From Bugula neritina (lineage: Eukaryota; Animalia; Bryozoa), in contig OZ037766.1 in NCBI GenBank assembly GCA_964035545.1, forward strand, positions 13,878,722-13,942,721: 64,000 bases of DNA. The letters run 5' to 3'. Every line of letters starts with the position of its first letter. Positions within the stretch are counted from its first letter, which is position 1. The notes beneath the pieces were generated by a model. That model ran no database searches. It worked only from the letters and a program-made list of their open reading frames with translations, and was not told where the DNA came from. The translations under genes were made by a program, and so were the position numbers. This document shows positions 16,901-28,905 of the stretch, piece by piece.

Positions 16901-19900
16901 AATAAGAAGCAATTTTTAAAAAAAAACCCTTAAAACATGTAAAATTTGTTTGCAACTAACCCGGCATGTGGTGAGGCAGATATATAATTCTCTTGTATGA
17001 AGAGCGGATGCAACGAATAGTCATAGAAGAAGAGATCACTTTTGTCTTTCAAAGACATCTTGGCTGTCTCTGACTGACTAAATGCCATTCTGCAAGCTGT
17101 GAACGCATCCTGCAGAATCAATATGGTGCAACTTCGCTACCAACCATAAACTTCATCCAATGAATTTAGACAGCAAACAATATTACAAGCAGCACGCTAC
17201 GTATAAACAAGTCTTAGCACTTACAATTTTGAAATCTTTCTTAGCCTTATTACTGTCATCTTTGATTTGCTTTCCCTGAAGACTTTTACTAGAAGCACTC
17301 CAGACAGATAAATTATGTAAAATCTAAAAGAGATTATTGTATACCTGATTAACTAATACTTGATGCATTTAATATGAGGATGGAAATTTCCTTCATGGCT
17401 TTATAATATGGTCAACTATGTGTGACAGACAAACCTTTGAATGACAGTATAGTGTGTATATAATTAACCAGCAATTTGCTATAGAGATACATTTTTGTAC
17501 TTGTTTAAAATATGAAGACCAGGACTCACTTGGCGGACATCGTGATTGGATGATTCTATTATATTGCTTAAAGAACTGCCATCTATTTGAATTCCCTCCT
17601 TGAAACACACAGTACTCATGGCAGCCTACAATACATCCACAAAATAAGACAACTCCATCATACACCCCAGCTATAAGAGAACACAAGTAGAAAAGAATAT
17701 CTATAGAAAAACATGGTGTAATAGACAATAGCTGAGAAGCAACAAGCCTGATTAGTAGACATGCTGGTAATTTACAAAATATGACTACTTTCCATGGCAT
17801 ACAAAATAACTATTAAAATATGCTTTTATTGAACATAACCCCTTACTCAACAATTAAACCACGGTACAGTAAGGAGATAACCTTGATTTGTTCGACCCGA
17901 GGCTTCTGAAAGCGCAAATCAAAGCAGTGGTTGCCGAGGGATCTTATTTTCTGGTGCTGCCTGTCATTGCAGATACAAATGACTGGGATGAGAGAGTTCT
18001 TGATGAGTTGAATGAGCTCCTGTACCCCTCCCCTGTCTTCATTACCAGACATCCCATCTACCTCATCCATTATGATACAGTGCTTCACATGACTGCTCTT
18101 ACTTTGCCCAGCCTCTACAATATAGATACAAATGACAGAGATGCAGATTTATTAGATATGAGCAGCACAATAAGTTGTTGGTATAAGAAATAAAACATTT
18201 GATTGGAAAAACTGTAAACTTAGTAAAAATCTACACATCTACATCTAACAGAAAATCCTTTGCATTTCAAACTTAGTGTTGACATGGTGTTACATCAACT
18301 TTTCCTTTACCCTATGCTGTTACAGCATGCTAGTATGAACTTGTGTTTAAAACTAGAGAGGAGGGGGGGGTGTTATCACTTACCCCGGTTCATGTAGTCC
18401 ATCATAGTTGTGTTGCCAAGAGCCTGCTTGAGTGTGTCTTGCAATATTTTCTTATTCCTGGAATCTGACGCATTAGTTTCAACAAATGTGAAGCCCGCCT
18501 CTTTACACACAAGAACTGCAGTTGTCGTTTTACCAATACCAGGTGGGCCAGACAACAACGCCGCTCTGAAACCAGCTCCAGAGGGATCTCCTCTACCATA
18601 GCCGACTAAAAGTAGCCAATCACAACGCTGATCAATATAATGTGCTAGTATGCAAGACTTTGCAAAGCAAGTAGTGAACATGAGAGTCATATTCCATATA
18701 GTTAAAATAGTATCACAGTGCCCATAAGTTCAATCACTTACAAATTAAAAACTAACCTTGAGAAAATGGAGGACAAATAACAGGTGGAATACAGAGAGTT
18801 TTTTACTATGCTAGCAACACAGAGTTTGTACAATGATATATTAAAATCACTTTTCTAGGCTTGCATCTTTTCCTAGTATAAAAACCAACTGTTGCACACA
18901 GTTGGGTTGATGCTATCAGAAATACACCAGGAATTCCACAGTACAAGCCATACAAGTGGACAAAAACAGTTTGTTTATACACAACTATCTACAACATATA
19001 CAACTTTTTTGCTTCTGTGAGTGTGTTTTTCCACAACTTACAACTGGGAACCGGTTTAGTGCCAAGTTTCCTGTGCTTATGCCAATTTTTTAGCCAAGTT
19101 AACAGCTTATTTGCATTGCTTTTATCTCCTGTTTGTCCGATGATCTTGTTCATGCTTGCAGGCCTATACTTGTCAACCTACAAACAAACAACAGTTACAC
19201 AATAGTTAATAAAATAAACACAACTTTGATTACATCTACTTGTAGCTTTATTACTGTGGGAAACCTTAGCAGACAGTTTATTAAAATATGTTAGTGAGAA
19301 AACAATGTGAGAAAAAATTATGTGCTGAACAACACTTGAAAGGCTAAAACCTAAGTAGACATCAATGCAAGTAATAGCAGCACTGTTAACTCATATTTTT
19401 AAATATATTATATTCTGTCACAGGATAATTCAAACTAAAATTTAAAATAGATGTGTAGTTGTTACACATACCCAGAGAAGCTCAGAAACGGAATGGTGAG
19501 CCGGTGGTACTAAGGCTGATGAGGTGGATACAGACGGGGTTGGCTTCTCCTTTTTAGGTGTACATTTCTGAAAAGCAGCGGGCTGAAAACAACAATCACA
19601 GCATGATATTGATATCTAGAGAGATGTTACTCATCTTGCATAGTAATCAAGGATTTTACACACTGTTAATTGTGTACCTATTGATGAATATTTTGTTCAT
19701 AACATACAATAAGTGAATGATAACATCCTGTGGATAGACCATGAGTTTATTTAGTCTAACTGATAGCAGGTAAGACACAGAGCTTCAACAAGCTGATAAA
19801 ATATACCTGCGGAGCAGCAGACACCTCACTGGGCAGAGTTGAAGTCTCCCCTAGACATGCAGGCTCTGTCTCCTCTGAAAGTCCAACCATTTCATAAAAT

Positions 19901-22900
19901 TCATCTTCATTAATGATTTGTAGACCTGAAATCTTCTCAGCCTATAAACGCCAGTGAAAGAGTCAACACACAGACATTAGTGATGACTAGCCGGCAATAG
20001 TCAGCTTACCACGTCATTACAATAAAGTTAAAAACATACTGAATTGTAGGAAGTAATAGACACTGATTCTATAAGTCATATGAGTAATTTCTATACAACC
20101 ATGGGCATATGGTAAGCCATATGAATATTTTCACATTTACATGTAAATCCTTTAAATTAGGGCTGACCACTTTTTTATTTTAATCGTTTGATTTTTTCAA
20201 CCATGTTTTTCAATGTATATTAAATTTGTATTACAAAATAGTCCAATCCATAGATCAAAAAACTTAGAACTTTCCAGAAGGGATCTCGGTTTAAACTACT
20301 TTATCTAAACTTCTTGCCACAGCCAACAGATGTTCATCAACAACATTTCTTGCTGAATTGAACTTGACCATTGATCATTAGTCTAACAAAAAAACCAATT
20401 CAAAAATTTATTGAAAATGAAATATGCAAAAAATTCAGACTCTAGCCAAGCATGAAGAAAAGGTCAACTTCCATTTTTCTCAACCAGTAATTTGAACTTA
20501 GTAAGCATGTATACATGCATTACATGAATACAGAAGAACCAACATAAGACATTGATGAGAGAAATTGCGATACCTTGGCTAGTTTAGATAGACCTGCTTC
20601 TTCCCCAGTAACCAAGTAGTTCACTTTACCACTGATAGCACTCACTACTCTACCACCTTCCTTGACTATCAGCTCCCTAGCTTCTTCTCTTTCTAGCCGA
20701 GAAAGTTGGCCAGTTACCACGAAGGTTTTACCAGCCAATTTTTGTTTCGTCTATAATTGGGATTCCAATGAATTTGTGAGTATTAGTGGGATGCTGATAG
20801 AAAGCACAGCAATTGTTAACAAATACATAGTAAAATTTTTGTAAAGCTATATAAAAAGACTTGCAATGTCTAATTATTACATAAAATTTATGTAACACTG
20901 TATAATGCATATATTGTATTATACTATTAGCTTATCAATTTCCAGATAAGACACTTATCATAATCTTGAAAATTAGCAATTTATAAAATTTAGGAGCTTA
21001 TACCGATTTACCTGTCGCATAAATACATATGACAAATATGAAAAACACTTCCAATGAAACAAACTTTCGAAAAACACTTGGTATAGAAGAAAGGCATGCT
21101 TATTTGAACAAAAGCTAATTTCGTCCAGGTTAGTAATGATGTAATAGTAATATAATTTGGAGTTAGTCACCCTTGACTGCTAAAATCTAATCTACCCATT
21201 CTCTGCATTACTACTATATTTCTGGGTAGAATTGCTATAAATACTTTTCTAGTGTGATGGTGTATATTCCACATGGTTATCAGCCGAAAAAAAAACTTTA
21301 AGGAAGTAAGCCAATCTCTTGTTTGAAAAAGAGAATTACAAAACAGAGTATTCAATATGGGCCACTGCAATATGTAGATTTCACTCCTGACTGTGCACAT
21401 CAACACTAGTATTTGAAATAAAACAGCATATTGCACATGCTCACGTTGTATTCTACCTTCTGTTTAGTGGGAGTTGACTGATCGTCTTTTACACGACTTG
21501 CTTTAGATTTTGGAGATTTTTCTTTTGGACCATCTTCAGGACTCTTGCGCTTACTACCTTTTCTAGGAGACAGTCTAGGTGACTTTCTAGAAGATTCCTT
21601 TTTGTCTGTGTCTTGAAGCAAGAAATTAGAGATCGTAAACTTTTAAGAAACTTTATTGAATAGAGTTTCAAGGAGCTGGTCTGAAAGATAAGAAACATAC
21701 CACTTGCAACAGGAAGAGGCGTGACAGGTGACTTTCTTGTTGCTTTCTGGTCATTCAACGAAGATTTTTGAGTCGCTCCTTTGGATGGTGACATCTTCGA
21801 TTTGCCTGAACATTTTACTGGTTCTTTATTTCGATCCAATTGATCCAAAGCTTTGTTGAAATCCTTGTTCTTATGAGATTCAACCTATAAGTATTCACAC
21901 AACAAATATGAGACCTGTAAAAACAGGTTTGCAGTATTTACTTAAAGGTATGAAATATTCATTGTAATAATTATAGTAATTGAACAATCAGAAGTTAAAC
22001 AACAAAAAAGAGGGCCAATTTAACTCAAACCTATTCATTTACTAGATCAGTACAGCATTGATATGTAAATCTCAAAAAAAGTTATTTTATAGAGTGAGCA
22101 GAAAACAAGATAAAACTTGTTATGTTCAAAAGACTTGGATCTGTGGGTTCATTAATTTGACACCTTTTCACCAGAATCAACAAGCTGAACAAATGATTCA
22201 TCATCACTCCAATCAGAATCAAGGATTATAAGCTCATCCTTGGGAGAGTTTGCAGTGCGCTGGAGGCCAGCAGCTTTATTGGTGGTGGCAGCAGTTGTCT
22301 CTTCGCCTTTTTTCTTGGACAACTTACTTGATATACTCTATAGCCAGGAGAGAACAAATCTAATGTAGCAGATGTAAGCTCAACTAGAGAGTATAAACAG
22401 TACATTTTTATTGATAGGGGTAAGTAAAAAATAATTAGAACCCAATTTATTTCCTTCAAATTTTAAACTTTGTTAAATAATTTCCTTGCAAAAAAGATAC
22501 ACCAACAGCGCATTGATAACCAAAGATATTAAAACATATGCCTATGTTTTGGAAAAAATCAACAAAAACCCCAAGAACTGTTACTGGTCATAATTTCATT
22601 TTCAGATAACCTACACCAGTAGGATGTGTTTGTATTTGTCTTCTCATTCCAAACTCTGAGTATTTTGCTAGTGTTGTTAGTGTAATTAACATATCTATCT
22701 AAACATTAAAGTAAAACATAATAAGGTAACTATTGCACGCATTTGATTAAATGTCTAGACATGATAGGAAATTCCTGACACACTTTATTTATGCAGTATT
22801 CAAATATTTATATATATTTTAGCTATCATTTACAGACTGTTTGAGGGTTGTATGCTCAAAGATTTTGTTTTATAATACATTTTGTGCAACCATATCTTGA

Positions 22901-25900
22901 AATCGGTTGAAATTGTTGATCGCTTACTGATGATGTTTCCAGTGGGCTCTGAAGTCCCATTATATTATAAAACTAACAGTGATTATTGCCGACTTTCATT
23001 GAATGCTTTCATAATGCTGCAATACACAGCTTAATCACTGAGCTGACTTAAAGGTTCAAAGTTCATGATTAAACTTCTCACAATGTTTTCATTAAAAGTC
23101 AAATACTTAGAATGTAAGTGAAAGCTTACCTTTATAGCTGTAGCACTACCGGTTACTACTTTCTTTGTGCCGAAAAAGTCTGCAGAATTAGTATTCTTTA
23201 CAGGTTTTTCTAATTTGCTCTTGGTTGCTGTACTGCTTTTGAGAGAAGACTTTACATCTATATAAAAGATTAAAATGTTTGTGTATTAATTTTAAGACTC
23301 CTAATATGATTATTATTATTATATTATCTAAGATGAGTGCTTATTGTATTTCAACAGGTTGTCACCAACTTTATGGACTACACAAACTAAGACCGTAGAT
23401 TATGGTGCAATTTAATTGAGATACGAGTATTATGTGAGTAGGAAAAGCTGAAACAAGAGACTATACATTATAATAAATCATATTACAATATCTATAATAC
23501 TGGAATATGAATAATAACCAACAAATGCAAGACTTTTCTTGCAGCCTTGAATAACAGAAAAAAAACTGAGCGAAACATTTTAAATTTTATGATACTAAAG
23601 TACCTTAATATTTAAATAATCCTAAATATGTGCAAAGACTGATTAATTTATATTTCCTATAGTTGATGCTATATAATATTATTCTTCTAAAAAATAAATC
23701 CATCACATTATTACCTTTTGTAGGGCATACATTTTACATGCAAATACTAAGAAAACACATGCAATACTTTCATATCAAAAATTGTACTTGTATGCATGTA
23801 CCTTATAGAGCCACAAAGCATAATATTTGGGTATTCCATCAGATTTAAAGTACAAAAAGTTTAGAATATAGCAACTATGTGTAACTCAGATTGCAACACA
23901 AAAATTTAGAAATTATTTGTTATTAAAAACACAGCCGTTTTGCATAAATTTGAAGCTTGAATTTTAATCATGAGCTTGCATAATTTTATACAAGTTATAA
24001 TTGTGAAATATTGGAGTTACTATACATCTCCAATTAGCTGAATTTTAGATGACCTATTGCCTATTATTTCAATTAATAATCTTATGAGAATATCAAAGAG
24101 AACTTCACCTTTTGCAGATTGAGAGCTCTTTTTGGGAGTTGGAGATTTGTCTTGACATTTGATTTTTTTAGCAGGAGAAGTTTTGGGTGGGTGGTCCTGA
24201 TCTTCACTATCTGAAGACTGACAGAAAACAACTGACATCAGAAAAATACGGAGTTTAATGTTTGTTGCATTTGCTACTCATAATATATTAAACACACAGC
24301 TTCGTCTATCCTGTTGACACATTGTTCTCAATGACATTTGACTTTAGACCATTAACAATACATGGTAAACTGCATAGTTGATTTAGTAAGAAAATTAACT
24401 GGAGAAAATTAGGACATCATACCAGTAATTACAATTTTTCAAAATCACAGCTATGACTGGTATATAAACAGTTACCAAAATCAAAATGTAGCTATAGCAA
24501 TTCTTACCTCAGATATTTGCAAAACCCTTTTTCGTTTTTTATCTTTATTTCCATGATCATTGTTTTGATTTGTGACGGAACCCGATTTTGACGATTTCTT
24601 TTTCTGGCTTTTGGAATCTTCTATGGAATTTACTACTTGTTTACGAGTGTTATAGTTGCTCGATACATTGGGTCCTTTCCCAAAATAACGACGAATATCC
24701 TAAATAAAAAGACACGGTGTTGATAAAACAATGAAATTAAATAAAACACAAGCCGGTTAATGATGTTATATTGTTAACCCTCAATATAGACCCTTCAAGA
24801 GTAGTTATAAATATAACGTTTGACAAAGTGAAAATGAAAATCAAATAATACTTTATATTCATAGCAGCAATTAATATAAGGATAAGAACTATATATGCAT
24901 ATTAATATTTACATAATTTATTTTGATACTTGTAAAAGTATTCACTGGCAGTTACTATCACTATGGCAATCACGATGGCCAATTCACTTTGAATAGTTAT
25001 ATAAATAGCTTTGCTTTCACGCTTAGTTTTACTCTTATTAAAATTTACTTAAAGTGATCATCACACTAGACCCTCTAGAGGTAATATGCTTGAGCAGTCA
25101 TTGGATGATAGTAATGCAGCTAGTACTAGTTGGAAAGTCTTAACTGAAGAAGAGCTTTAATCCTGTTCATGTGAAGGCTGCAGTCCTGGACCACCTTAAA
25201 CTGCTGCCTTGGTTGTGTCGAATTTTCAGGTCTCCGATAGCCTTTCGGAGAGAGTTGTTCAGATACTTGGTACCATTAGTCTCCCTGACCAGGGCTGTTT
25301 TCTTACCTGAAAGCGATTCTGTACAATGCTCGCAGTTGACTTGTTCAGCAGACCATCATAAGCAGAGCTAAGAGCAAAATGTTGTTTCCCTTTGCCAAAA
25401 TCTTACAAAAAAGACTAATGCTTCTCTTTTTTCTTCTCAGCATAAAAGGTTGCAGACAGAGATTTTTCATGGCACTACCAACATCTTCACGGCCTTTAAC
25501 ATTGGTTATGAATCGTACAGCATCTACTTGTATCTCTAAGTTAGACATCTTCTTAAAGAAATAGTTGAGTCCCGAGCTGCACTAGCATGTATGCCTAAAG
25601 TGTGGTAGACACAATGCCTTGTATGAACTCAACCGCGCTAGTGCAAGAGTCCAGCAGAGAGCTCTCTTAACCATACCCAATTGTCTTCTAGCATCTAGTC
25701 CTTTTCGATATATGCCCATTGAACCCACAATCTGACTGCAGTGTGATGCCCAGGTATTTTGCATATTCCGCATGATCTAAAACTGATCCATTTAACATGT
25801 ACTTAGGAGCATCGCCCACAAAGTTAAAGCTGACGATTTTGCTCTTAGATATGCTGGGTGATATACCCCACTTGCTTGATCAAGCATTAAGGGAACCTAA

Positions 25901-26824
25901 GTTTTGTTGGAATCTTCTGCAGTCACTCAATGAGGCTATCGCCTGGTAGACAAGAGTCAGGGTGTCTTCAGCAAACAAACACATGAGCAGCCAAAACCTC
26001 CCATAAATCATTTAATTTTAGCCTTAGACTCTTTTCCATGTTATTATTGAAAGACATGAATGATTATTATTAAGATAGATTGTCATTTATAATAATATAA
26101 ATATAATATAAATATTATAAAAATAATTAACAAATTATGTTAGCAATAAATTTAATCACTTCGACCTGGTCTTCAAGTTTATGACTACTATGATTATAAC
26201 CTTACACTTAGTTATAACTTACATATAATCTTAAAATTAAAATTAAATTTAATATAAATATTCGCATGAAATAATAAAAATTAAAATGAGCCTAAATATC
26301 ATTATCAATATCAAATAATCAATATGAATATGAAATAATTATGAATATTACTTAAACTTGATTGTCAACATCATTCAATATATATTAATTATTAAATATC
26401 ACTTGATTATAAAATTAAATAGTAAAAGTAAAACTAAAATTAAATATTAAATTTAATATAAATAAATTCATACGTACATTTAAATTCATAATGATCATTT
26501 ATTAATTGTCATTGAGCATGTCTAACTCTATAACTTATAGCTATACTTATAGTTATAACTTATAAGTATAATCATATTCATTGCCATTGTGATTGTGTCA
26601 GTGTGAGTCACTAGAAGAGCCAGAGCGGGAGCCTATAGGCTATAACTATAGTATAAGTATAACGATAAACTATAAAGGTAAACTATAGTTAATAGACCTA
26701 GCATAAAACTTTAGCTGTAACTTAAACTAACAGTAACATAATCATAATGATAAAATAAAACTGTAAGTGTAAAACTAAAGTATAAACTGAAACTGTAAAG
26801 TCAAAGTGTAAAGAATTTTACCAT
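13969..26824 (-). CDS. RFC1: Replication factor C subunit 1 (large subunit), multi-exon
   Basis: ATG-only first coding exon (26824-26822) spliced to DIRRYFG (24699-24508). BRCT GKTFVVTG..GGRVVSAISGKVNYLVTG (~20750-20574); VDKYRP (~19177); Walker A GPPGIGKTT (~18550); Walker B IMDEVDGMSGNEDRGG (~18070); DLFFYDYS..LFIQENY; FPKWLGK; MEEYDLLKDDYDNILEL; TKAAMTRSYNK; Lys-rich last exon 14067-13969. Confidence 0.96.
14921..15068. mobile_element. Small MITE with 18-bp TIRs and TA flanks (Tc1/mariner-type), in an RFC1 intron
   Basis: TA|GGAGCAGTAGTGGAGAAA ... TTTCTCCATTACTGCGCC|TA; 16/18 complementary. Confidence 0.55.
25150..26010 (-). pseudogene. Decayed 5'-truncated non-LTR retrotransposon (CR1/L2-like LINE) RT fragment in RFC1 intron 1
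   Basis: Minus-strand remnants LFAEDT (FADD-like), KYLGITLQSD, ARRQLGMVKRAL, SYKALCLPH, AVRFIT and RRK..ISLFCKIL, interrupted by stops and frameshifts. Confidence 0.8.
26040..26820. repeat. AT-rich low-complexity tract with 3/6-bp periodicity at the 5' end of RFC1 intron 1
   Basis: For example aactaa cagtaa cataat cataat gataaa ataaaa ctgtaa gtgtaa aactaa. Confidence 0.7.
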
Positions 26825-27019
26825 TTATTCTTATTATTATGATGGTTATGATTAGATCCTGGTTGTGATACACTGGTTCTAAACGATTGAAATGTATTCT
26901 CGGTTTCGATAAGTCTTCAATAAACTTTAAATATTTCGAAGAAAACTCTCACATGCTCATTTACGTTATAAAATGTATTACACTTATAGCAGCTCTGCGT
27001 ACTTTCACTTTGGGAAATT

Positions 27020-27085
27020 AAAAACCGCGATTGGATAGGATTTGGATTGGATTGGTAGCTCGCATTTATATCGATACCGCGAGTG
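27020..27085 (-). promoter_or_regulatory. Putative RFC1 promoter: three CCAAT boxes, a DRE palindrome and CGCG-containing E2F-like sites
   Basis: ATTGG at 27030, 27046 and 27051; TATCGATA at 27069-27076; ACCGCGA at ~27024 and ~27076; locally CpG-rich; about 200-250 bp upstream of the ATG. Confidence 0.6.
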
Positions 27086-28905
27086 AATGTAACGTGGATT
27101 GCAAACCGCTGTGGTGACAGGAGTTATCTTCTTTCATGCTAAACGTATCCGCTTTTATTCAATTCATCCGTAAAAGAAGTGCCTCTACTGCTTTTAGCAT
27201 AAAATATGATATTACAATTTATACATCAATAATAGACACTTGATATAATGAGGCAACAGCTACTATTTACCAAATACATTTTACTGTTGTGGTCAGCTCA
27301 TTTATCAGGTCTTGTTATATAACTATTTGCAAGTGCTTAAATTATGTAAATGTTTATAATAACTATCATCCTGCATGTAACGGTATGTTTACTATACTGC
27401 TGCCATTGTCCTATATAGTAACTATTTTCTAGCACATACAGACTACAGTATTTGAGTATTTCTTTACAGTAGTCCCCTTTCACCACGTGGTCCTGTGCGG
27501 TGATGGGAGTATACTTGTCTACAGAATTTTCCTATAAATAGTGGCTTACTGGTCTCACCTGCTCCTCTTGCAGACAAAGAGTCTCACCTTATAATAACTA
27601 TAGGGCTGTAGCCTGTAAGTTCTGTATTGTTGCTAAACTTCACTGTAATTTTATGTTGCAAACATACTATATACATAATATCTGGATTGTATGCTACAAC
27701 CTATACAAATCGGCAGACCTGTGTTCCTAGCTAGTGGGTTAAGGTATCTACAGCAAGGAGAAGCTGAAAACCTTATAATTACCAATACAATAGATGAAAT
27801 TTTCGAAATTTTCTTTCGCACAGTTCTACTTTAGACTGAGAAAAAAATATTATTATTCATATATTATGCAGAGGGGTGTAAAACATAATTTTTTAATCAT
27901 GCAGCTAAATTTAGGTTAAAATATAGTAATACTCCAGTTTGAATTTTCAAAATTTTACTGCAGCATACTTGGGTTTTCATTTTAAATCATAATTACTTGT
28001 TTGGTTTATAGATAACTTTATGTTAATAAAATTGAGACCAGAAATGTATTATGGGCCACAGATGTGTTCAGTAGAGCCAGAGTGTTTACTTACACTCTAT
28101 AGTAATATTATGAATGGTACAAAGTCTTTTTAGTTTCATAGATAATTTTGAATCCAACTGTTGGTTTTGCAATCAGAACTTTAATGGGGACATCAGAGAA
28201 TACTAAATTTTACACTAACACATAGACTATAAAACACAAACTAGATGTCAAAAACGTGCAATTAAAATTAGCCCTGTTATTGAGCAACTTATTTTTAAAA
28301 TCAATTTATTTTGCAAAAAAAACAAGTGTGGTAATTTGCTCAAAAAGCATATTTTAGCAAAAGCAAAACAATGCCAAGTTCCGAGTCAAAAGATTTGTCT
28401 AACTTTGCACATTGCTCACTTTTGTAGAAGTACACATTATAGGGCACTTCACAACAACCTACAGGAAAAAACAGCTATAAGCATTCATGAAAGCAGTAAG
28501 TTTTTAATCTCATGTTCATAAAAATTGGCTAGGGTAAAGAATTGAAACTACAGTTAATAAGGTATGTACAAGAAGGGAAATATGGACATAAAAATTTCTC
28601 ATTTTGCACCAAATTAAACAACGTCATTTATAACTAAGTTTACACATTTCATAAGTAGATATGTAAAGAAGTTACAATAAAATAATAAATTATGAGTGCA
28701 TATAAAAAGTACAAGCAATAAGTAGTAATAATAGGCTGATCATAAACTGCTAAGCAGTGATGTACTAGTTGTTGAAAATACTAAGCAAAAGTACTTCTAA
28801 AATATATAAAACTAAAAGCAGGGTATAAATTTTTTGTCAAGTATCAAAATATATATAATTTTTCTTCGCAAACCAAGACCCAATCATGGTGCAGACAATC
28901 AGAAA

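Noticed and set aside
19980-20042. Box C/D snoRNA (GTGATGA...CTGA)
   Set aside because: It is on the strand opposite the host RFC1 transcript, with no clear terminal stem or recognisable guide.
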